Shown here one piece after another: positions 57,620 through 64,000 of a stretch of DNA of 64,000 bases. A model generated the notes under the pieces. That model made no database searches. It saw only the letters and a list, made by a program, of their open reading frames with translations, and had not been told where the DNA came from. How positions within the stretch are numbered: the first letter of the stretch is position 1; every line of letters begins with the position of its first letter. Origin of the DNA: an uncultured Ignavibacteriales bacterium (GTDB lineage Bacteria; Zixibacteria; MSB-5A5; GN15; FEB-12); NCBI GenBank assembly GCA_964464605.1, contig CAYXJN010000004.1, positions 186,001 through 250,000 on the forward strand. Reading direction: 5' to 3'. The position numbers and the translations under genes are program-made.

Positions 57620-59767
57620 ATGAATTTAGCAGAATTCATCATCCATATCGAATCGTATAACTCCAACGTCAACGTTGAGCTTATCCGCCGGGCCTATCAG
57701 TTTTCCGATCATGCCCACGCCGGTCAGAAGCGGTCATCGGGTGAACCGTACATCGAGCATTGCCTTGAGGTCGCGTTTATTCTGGCCGAACAGCATATGG
57801 ATTCATCTACCATCGCCGCCGGATTGCTGCATGATGTTATCGAAGACACCGATGCCACTGTCGACACGCTGCGCAAAGAGTTTGACGATGAAATCGCCGA
57901 GCTGGTCGATGGGGTCACAAAAATCGGATCGATTCAGTACTCCTCCCGCGAGGAACAGCAAGCCGATTATTTCCGGAAAATGCTTTTGTCGATGGCGAAG
58001 GATATCCGGATTATCGTTATCAAGCTCGCCGACCGCCTGCATAACATGCGGACATTGGAGCACCTGCCGCCGGAAAAGCAGAAAAAAATCGCTCAGGAAA
58101 CACGAGATGTCTACTGCCCGATGGCGCACCGATTCGGTATCAACCGCGTCAAACTCGAACTCGAAGATCTCTGCTTAAAATATTTAGAGCCGGATGTATA
58201 CGCCGATTTGAACCGTCTCGTTACCGAGCGACTTGAAGAGCGGGAAGAATATATCGAAGAAGTTGTCACGCCACTTAAAGAGGCGCTGGAAAAAGATCAT
58301 ATCAAAGCGACGGTCTATGGCCGTGCAAAACATTTGGCATCTATCTACTGGAAAATCAAATATCGCAAGGTACCGTTCGGTGAAATCTATGATCTCTTCG
58401 CCATTCGCGTAATTGTGAATACCGAGCGGGAATGTTACCACACATTGGGAATAGTGCATGCAATGTGGAAACCGGTCGGGGGAGAGCGGTTTCATGATTA
58501 CATCGCCAACCCGAAACCGAATGGCTATCGCTCGCTGCATACCACCGTCTTCGGTCCGCGCCACAAGATGGTGGAAATACAGATTCGCACGCATGTGATG
58601 CATCATATCGCCGAAAACGGTATCGCTGCTCACTGGCTCTACAAAGAAGGGCGGCATCAGATGAGCAAAACCGACCGTCAGATGGTCTGGCTGCGGGAAG
58701 TACTCGACTGGCAGCGGGAGACAAGCAATCCGGCGGAGTTTTTGGAATATCTCAAAGTCGATCTGTATTCTGAAGACATTTTCGTCTTTACGCCGAATGG
58801 AAAAATTATCCACTTGCCCAAAGGCTCAACACCGCTCGATTTCGCATTCAATATTCATAGTGAAGTAGGCATTCATTGCGCCGGTGCAAAAATAAATAAC
58901 CGGCTGATGCCGCTTTCGACTGAGTTAGAGTCCGGCGATACGGTTGAAATTATGACCAATCCGAGCCGGACACCATCACATGACTGGCTCAAACTCGTCA
59001 AAACCAGCCATGCCCGCGCGAAAATTCGCCGCTGGCTCAATCAGGCCGGATTTGAGCAGGCGGTCGCGCTGGGCCGCCAGATAGTAGAGCGGAAACTCAA
59101 AGAGCATCACCACAAGATGCCGACCGAAGAGCAGTTTCAAGAATATGCCGAGCGCTTAGACCGGAAATCTCCGGAAGATTTGTTCGCATCCATCGGTAAC
59201 GGTTCAATCACTGCCCGACCGCTTGTTGATTTGATACTACCGCCGGTCGAGGAAGAACCGCCGCCGACGGTCGTAGACAAAGTATTGGAAAAAATCCGCG
59301 GCAGCAAAGGTATCGAAGTTCAGGGTATTGACAACCTCATGTTCCGGTTCGCCGGCTGCTGCCAGCCGGTGCCGGGGGAAGATATTGTCGGCTTTATTAC
59401 CCGTGGGCGCGGTGTGACCATTCACCGCTCCAATTGCCCGATGGCGATTCAGTTGCAGCATGATCACGCGGAGCGGGTGATGGAAGTTTCCTGGGATGCG
59501 GCGAAAGGGCAGTCGTTTGTCGTTGAGCTGTTGATTATCGTCGAGGACCGCAAAAATATGCTGCGTGATGTTACTCAAGCCGTCGCCGATTCTGATACCA
59601 ATGTCCGCGCCGCCGAAATGCGAACTCAGGATTCTACCGGTATGGGAAAGTTTCTGGTCGAAGTTACCAGTCTTTCCCATCTCAATCGCGTCATGGACAA
59701 AATCAAAAAGGTCAAAGGGGTCATTTCGGTCGCCCGTTCACAAGGACGCGAAACCGAAGAAGTGTGA
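57620..59767 (+). CDS. relA: Bifunctional (p)ppGpp synthetase/hydrolase (long RSH)
   Basis: GEPYIEH, LLHDVIED (HD intact), KLADRLHNMRT, YRSLHT, EIQIRT, TGS domain, CCQPVPG, ACT domain. Confidence 0.95.
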   Translation: MNLAEFIIHIESYNSNVNVELIRRAYQFSDHAHAGQKRSSGEPYIEHCLEVAFILAEQHMDSSTIAAGLLHDVIEDTDATVDTLRKEFDDEIAELVDGVTKIGSIQYSSREEQQADYFRKMLLSMAKDIRIIVIKLADRLHNMRTLEHLPPEKQKKIAQETRDVYCPMAHRFGINRVKLELEDLCLKYLEPDVYADLNRLVTERLEEREEYIEEVVTPLKEALEKDHIKATVYGRAKHLASIYWKIKYRKVPFGEIYDLFAIRVIVNTERECYHTLGIVHAMWKPVGGERFHDYIANPKPNGYRSLHTTVFGPRHKMVEIQIRTHVMHHIAENGIAAHWLYKEGRHQMSKTDRQMVWLREVLDWQRETSNPAEFLEYLKVDLYSEDIFVFTPNGKIIHLPKGSTPLDFAFNIHSEVGIHCAGAKINNRLMPLSTELESGDTVEIMTNPSRTPSHDWLKLVKTSHARAKIRRWLNQAGFEQAVALGRQIVERKLKEHHHKMPTEEQFQEYAERLDRKSPEDLFASIGNGSITARPLVDLILPPVEEEPPPTVVDKVLEKIRGSKGIEVQGIDNLMFRFAGCCQPVPGEDIVGFITRGRGVTIHRSNCPMAIQLQHDHAERVMEVSWDAAKGQSFVVELLIIVEDRKNMLRDVTQAVADSDTNVRAAEMRTQDSTGMGKFLVEVTSLSHLNRVMDKIKKVKGVISVARSQGRETEEV

Positions 59768-59778
59768 CGTTGTCACCT

Positions 59779-61491
59779 TTATTTAAACACAACAGGCAGT
59801 GATAATGTATCGGCTCCACGTACGACAACGGCCATTGTCGAATCATTCTTTCTGAATTTTCCAAGCGCCGTCATGTAATCATTAATATCCGCGATGTTCA
59901 CTGTCCCCAAGCGGATAATGACATCTCCCGCCTTAATTCCTGCGCGCTCCGCAGGACGATTAGCAGAAACGCCGTCCACCTGTAAGCCTTTTACCTCGGC
60001 GACATAATCAGGCATAATACCGAGCGTGACTGAAAACCCGCTCGACATTTTGCCTGCATTCGGATCGACCGTTTTCTGGAATGTTAACGGGCCGAGTTTG
60101 CTTTCGAAGGCGTCAGTTATATCAGAAATAACACTGAGCACTTTAACCATTCCATCGTAGTCGATTTTGTCGGCGTCATCGGATGGCTTGTGGTAGTCGC
60201 TGTGAGCGCCGGTAAAGAAGTGAAGTACCGGAATGTTCCGATTGTAAAACGCGGTATGATCCGATGGTCCGGTGCCCGGTTCACGAAACGCGAGCTTGAT
60301 ATCATCCCGCTTATATGTCTCAAAGTATGATTTGAATTCGCTTGATGTACCGGTGCCGAAAACGGCAAGGCCGGTGTCGTTGCCGCTTAAACGGCCGATC
60401 ATATCCATATTGAGCATCATCCGAATCTTTGAAGAATCAACAGTCATATGCTTCACGAAATGATTCGAACCAAGCAGTCCGGATTCTTCACCGGAAAATG
60501 CCATGAACAAAAGTGAATAGTGCAGTTTCTCTTTTTGGGAAGCGAACAGCCGCGCTAATTCGATTACGCCGGCCGTACCGGAAGCGTTGTCATCCGCGCC
60601 GTTATGAATCTGCCGGTCGCTTCCGGCATAGAGTGATGCTTCCGATCCCCAGCCGAGATGGTCATAATGCGCGCCAATAACGATACAGGTATCGCTTTTG
60701 CCCGGAAGCATACCGATAACGTTGTAGCCGGTATCGCGGGTTTTGACTAATTCAACCTCGCCGACTGCGTTAGTTATCGCCGGTTTATCCAAATCCAGTC
60801 CGATTTTTTTCAGTCCTGCTTGGCGGATATAGACAATTGGGATTTCTTTGGGCGAGATATTCGTTGCACCGAAACGGGGGAGGGTGTCATCTTTATCGGA
60901 CGGCGTTATGAGTAGGATCGCCGATGCACCGGCTTCTATGGCTGTGTTAATCTTATCCGTTATCGATGCGTATTTATCGAAATTCACATGCGGGTTGCTG
61001 TCTTTTGCGGGCGCATGGCGCAGGATAATGACTCCTTTGCCTTTTACCTCTTTGCCAGAATAATCGTCATATGAGCCATCTTCCGGTTTCGTTTTGATTC
61101 CGTAACTGACAAAAACCGGGTCGGTCAGATTGAATGTCCCGTTGGCTGATTGCCGCATCGGGATATATTCTTCATTAATCGTCAGTGTAGTGCCGTTAAT
61201 GCTCAGGCTGTTCTTGCCGCCGGTCGTTATCTCTTTGACGAACTCAAAGGACTGGCGAAAACCGTCAATTCCTTTTGGGGTAAGGCCGATAGTTTGAAAT
61301 TGGTTGATGATATAGGCGGCCGCTTTTTCCTCTCCGGCCTCGCCGACCTGACGGCCCTCAAGTGAATCACTCGCCAGAATCCCGACATGCTTTTTCAGCG
61401 AGTCGACATTGATTTGATAGGCTTGTGCGTTTATTGCGACAAGCATGATTACTAAGACGGTAAGTGAGGATATACCCGAAATCCGTTTCAT
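59779..61491 (-). CDS. Secreted M28 aminopeptidase with PA and PDZ domains
   Basis: GAHYDHLG, GADDNASG, GEESGLLGS, NMDMIG, SDH, YHKPSD; PDZ LGIMPD..PAERAGIKAGD. Start 61491 gives a signal peptide. Confidence 0.9.
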   Translation of the reverse strand: MKRISGISSLTVLVIMLVAINAQAYQINVDSLKKHVGILASDSLEGRQVGEAGEEKAAAYIINQFQTIGLTPKGIDGFRQSFEFVKEITTGGKNSLSINGTTLTINEEYIPMRQSANGTFNLTDPVFVSYGIKTKPEDGSYDDYSGKEVKGKGVIILRHAPAKDSNPHVNFDKYASITDKINTAIEAGASAILLITPSDKDDTLPRFGATNISPKEIPIVYIRQAGLKKIGLDLDKPAITNAVGEVELVKTRDTGYNVIGMLPGKSDTCIVIGAHYDHLGWGSEASLYAGSDRQIHNGADDNASGTAGVIELARLFASQKEKLHYSLLFMAFSGEESGLLGSNHFVKHMTVDSSKIRMMLNMDMIGRLSGNDTGLAVFGTGTSSEFKSYFETYKRDDIKLAFREPGTGPSDHTAFYNRNIPVLHFFTGAHSDYHKPSDDADKIDYDGMVKVLSVISDITDAFESKLGPLTFQKTVDPNAGKMSSGFSVTLGIMPDYVAEVKGLQVDGVSANRPAERAGIKAGDVIIRLGTVNIADINDYMTALGKFRKNDSTMAVVVRGADTLSLPVVFK

Positions 61492-61586
61492 TTTATTTTC
61501 TTTCTCCGGTTGCATTTTTCAGGAATTTATACGAAACTAACGGGGAAATCAGTGGTTTTTCTGTGATTGAAAGATAATTTTTTAGT

Positions 61587-62258
61587 ATGACGAAACCAGA
61601 AAGCGCTCCGAACTCATCAGTATGCCCGGAATGCGGCACCGAATGCGGCGTAGGGGACAAATATTGTCGTGAATGCGGCGCACAGCTGGGGGGAGTAGAA
61701 ACTCAGCCGGCCAAATCAGGTCCCTCAACATTACCGTTTCCTATGCAGGTCGGTATTTTAGTCGGCGGTTTAGCTGTTGTTGCCGTGCTCTTTTTTCTGT
61801 TCAAGGAAATCAAGCATGATGACGCCAATCAGCCACCGCAGCAAAACCAGCCGGCGCAGACCGCAGGCCAGAATCCGCATGAGATAACCGATCTCCCGAC
61901 CGACTTTGACGGCTTGGTGAAAATGGGGAATGGCCTTATGGATGCCGGCGGGTATCCGATGGCCACTGAGTGTTACCGCCGCGCACTGATGATTAATCCG
62001 GAAGCCTTCGACGTTCGTGTCGATTTCGCTATCTGCCTGCACTCGGTAGGTATGACAACCCGGGCACTTGACGAATTACGACTGGTTCATTCTGAGCACC
62101 CGGAACATGCGCTCGCGTATTTTAATGCCGGAATTATTTTTCTGGAATCGAAGCAGCTTGATTCGGCGAAGATCTATCTCGATCAATATATCGAGAAGTT
62201 TCCGAATGGCACGCATATCGAAGACGCCCGTAATATCCTCCAGGGCATGAGCAATTAG
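61587..62258 (+). CDS. Zinc-ribbon, TM and TPR protein
   Basis: CPECG..CRECG, one TM helix, C-terminal TPRs. Confidence 0.75.
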   Translation: MTKPESAPNSSVCPECGTECGVGDKYCRECGAQLGGVETQPAKSGPSTLPFPMQVGILVGGLAVVAVLFFLFKEIKHDDANQPPQQNQPAQTAGQNPHEITDLPTDFDGLVKMGNGLMDAGGYPMATECYRRALMINPEAFDVRVDFAICLHSVGMTTRALDELRLVHSEHPEHALAYFNAGIIFLESKQLDSAKIYLDQYIEKFPNGTHIEDARNILQGMSN

Positions 62259-62317
62259 CGCCAATCCCGCTCGTACTTTTAGATAGCCCGAATACTCCGT
62301 ATTGCATTATTTGGGGC

Positions 62318-63043
62318 ATGTCTCATACTCCTGCAACCCATCCACAGTGGCTATCACCGCTGATTGATTTTTTCTTTCCCCCTTTGTGTCCCGGGTGCGG
62401 GGTGGTGGTGGCGGAGTATCCGGCCTTGTGCGTTTCCTGCGACAAGCGAATCGACCGCTTGCATGACCCTTTTTGCCTGAGCTGTTTTGGTTTTTATCGT
62501 TCAGGAAGCAGCAAACGCTGCTGCGATTCACCGCTGCCGTTGTTTGCCTTTGCGACCTACAGCGCGCCGTATGACGAAATCGTCAAACAATTCAAGTTTC
62601 ACGGTATTACGTTTCCCGCATCATTAGCTGCGGATGCGATCACCGAGCACTGGCAGTCAAATATCATAAAACTTGGTGCATCGGCGCTCGTTCCCGTGCC
62701 GCTGCATATACGAAGGGAAAAATGGCGCGGATTTAATCAGGCGACCGTGTTTGCGACGCATTTAGCCAGACACCTTTCAATTCCAGTCGTGACTGATCTC
62801 ATCGAACGGGAACAGGCAAAACGTCCGCAGGCGAAACTGACGCTTGCAAAGCGTGCTAAGAATATCGAAGGGGCGTTTCATGTCGATCGATATGACGATA
62901 TGCCGAAACGGATAATCTTGGTAGATGATGTTGTCACCTCCGGCATGACGATGAAAGAAGCTGTCAAAGCCTGCACTGCAGCTGGTGTGGAAGTAACGGG
63001 ATGCATCAGCATGGCGCTGAGCGCACACGCAATACACCTATGA
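62318..63043 (+). CDS. comF: ComF family phosphoribosyltransferase-like protein
   Basis: N-terminal Cys knuckles, PVPLH, RGFNQ, ILVDDVVTSG. Confidence 0.9.
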   Translation: MSHTPATHPQWLSPLIDFFFPPLCPGCGVVVAEYPALCVSCDKRIDRLHDPFCLSCFGFYRSGSSKRCCDSPLPLFAFATYSAPYDEIVKQFKFHGITFPASLAADAITEHWQSNIIKLGASALVPVPLHIRREKWRGFNQATVFATHLARHLSIPVVTDLIEREQAKRPQAKLTLAKRAKNIEGAFHVDRYDDMPKRIILVDDVVTSGMTMKEAVKACTAAGVEVTGCISMALSAHAIHL

Positions 63044-63933
63044 AACATATCGACAGTTTTTTACAGTATGTCGCCCTTGAGCGTGGACTGTCGCAGAAGA
63101 CTGTACAATCATATCAGTCAGACATCGCCGATTTCGGTAAGCGAACGGAATTGAAAGAGATTCATAAAGCCTCGCTTGCTGATTTCAATCAGTTCGTCAA
63201 AAAGCTAACGGCAAGCGGCAGCAAGCCGACGACGATTGCGCGAAAACTTTCCTCACTTCGCCATTTTTTCACATATCTCGTTGAGAGCGGTGTTATCAAA
63301 CAGAATCCGGCGAAAAGTATCGCAACGCCAAAATTGGGGCGATACCATCCAACGTATTTAACACAGCGGGAAGTCGCGGCGATTCTGGAAACGATCGATG
63401 TTGCCACACCAGCCGGTAAACGGGATCGTGCGATATTAGAAATGCTCTATGGTTCCGGTTTGCGCATATCAGAATTAATCAGCCTCAGGTTGTCTGATAT
63501 CGAATTTGAAGCCGGTTTTTTGCGGATAACCGGTAAAGGAAACAAAACGCGCTTAGTTCCGCTCGGTGAGTTTGCCAAACAAGCAGTGGAAAGTTATTTG
63601 AACGAATCGAAAGCAAATCCGACCAAACAGAAAACCCCGGTTCTGTTCGTCAACAATGACGGGAACCGGTTTTCCCGGGTCGGTATTTGGAAAATGGTGA
63701 AAAAACGGGTTGCGCAGGCAGGCATTACCAAAATTGTTACCCCCCATACCTTCCGTCATTCCTTTGCCACACATATACTTGAGGGGGGAGCCGATTTACG
63801 GATAGTGCAAGAAATGCTCGGTCATGCCGATATATCTACTACACAGGTATATACACGGATTGACCGGGATTATTTGATTGCAGAACACAAGCGATTTCAT
63901 CCTCGAGAACTGGCTCGCCGCCCACGCCGGTGA
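63040..63933 (+). CDS. xerD: Site-specific tyrosine recombinase XerD
   Basis: RDRAILEMLYGSGLRISE, GKGNKTRLVP, HTFRHSFATH, LGHADISTTQVY; ATGA overlap with comF. Confidence 0.9.
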   Translation: MKHIDSFLQYVALERGLSQKTVQSYQSDIADFGKRTELKEIHKASLADFNQFVKKLTASGSKPTTIARKLSSLRHFFTYLVESGVIKQNPAKSIATPKLGRYHPTYLTQREVAAILETIDVATPAGKRDRAILEMLYGSGLRISELISLRLSDIEFEAGFLRITGKGNKTRLVPLGEFAKQAVESYLNESKANPTKQKTPVLFVNNDGNRFSRVGIWKMVKKRVAQAGITKIVTPHTFRHSFATHILEGGADLRIVQEMLGHADISTTQVYTRIDRDYLIAEHKRFHPRELARRPRR

Positions 63934-64000
63934 GCAATCCAAGCCGCGACGGTATCAATTTGCCTGCCGTCAGCACCGGGTCAGTCTCGACTTTCATGTT

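Noticed and set aside
63040..63933. Tyrosine recombinase as a prophage or island integrase
   Set aside because: It has XerD size and motifs, is coupled to comF, and has no adjacent mobile genes or att-like repeats in view.

Overview
A gene-dense bacterial chromosome segment of moderate GC with no rRNA, tRNA, CRISPR array or intact transposase that I can recognise. The repeated Cys-bracketed dockerin-like C-terminal modules and the FCB-type TonB/ExbBD set suggest Candidatus Zixibacteria or a relative (inference). Layout: (1) 1-9041, an expanded TPR/ExbB/ExbD/ExbD/TonB motor locus with at least 8 TonB-C-like domains, three of them in two predicted lipoproteins. (2) 9091-14924, three tandem secreted choice-of-anchor-B-like propellers, each ending in cohesin-like plus dockerin-like modules. 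(3) 15109-20744, the most unusual locus: a promoter carrying a perfect ACTGAAC-N4-GTTCAGT (LexA/Cheo-type) operator, a 57-aa NrdJ-tail-like zinc ribbon, and an archaeal Hel308-type helicase whose C-terminal winged-helix has its own strong in-frame Shine-Dalgarno start. It is followed by a Lon protease with an intact protease dyad but degenerate ATPase motifs. (4) A BACON/dockerin surface protein, miaB, and a pseudo-histidine-kinase plus HDOD-DHp pair. (5) Mostly housekeeping genes: aroC, pepA, dcd, cobO, trxB, eukaryote-type citrate synthase, pta, frameshifted prfB, mpg, gdhA, msbA/LPS glycosyltransferases, relA/spoT, comF, xerD. Non-coding signals include a candidate three-way-junction RNA with complementary loops, two Rex/CRP-like palindromes, sigma28-like promoters, leaderless starts and a GTAG-type REP. 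All calls come from reading motifs by eye; no searches were run.
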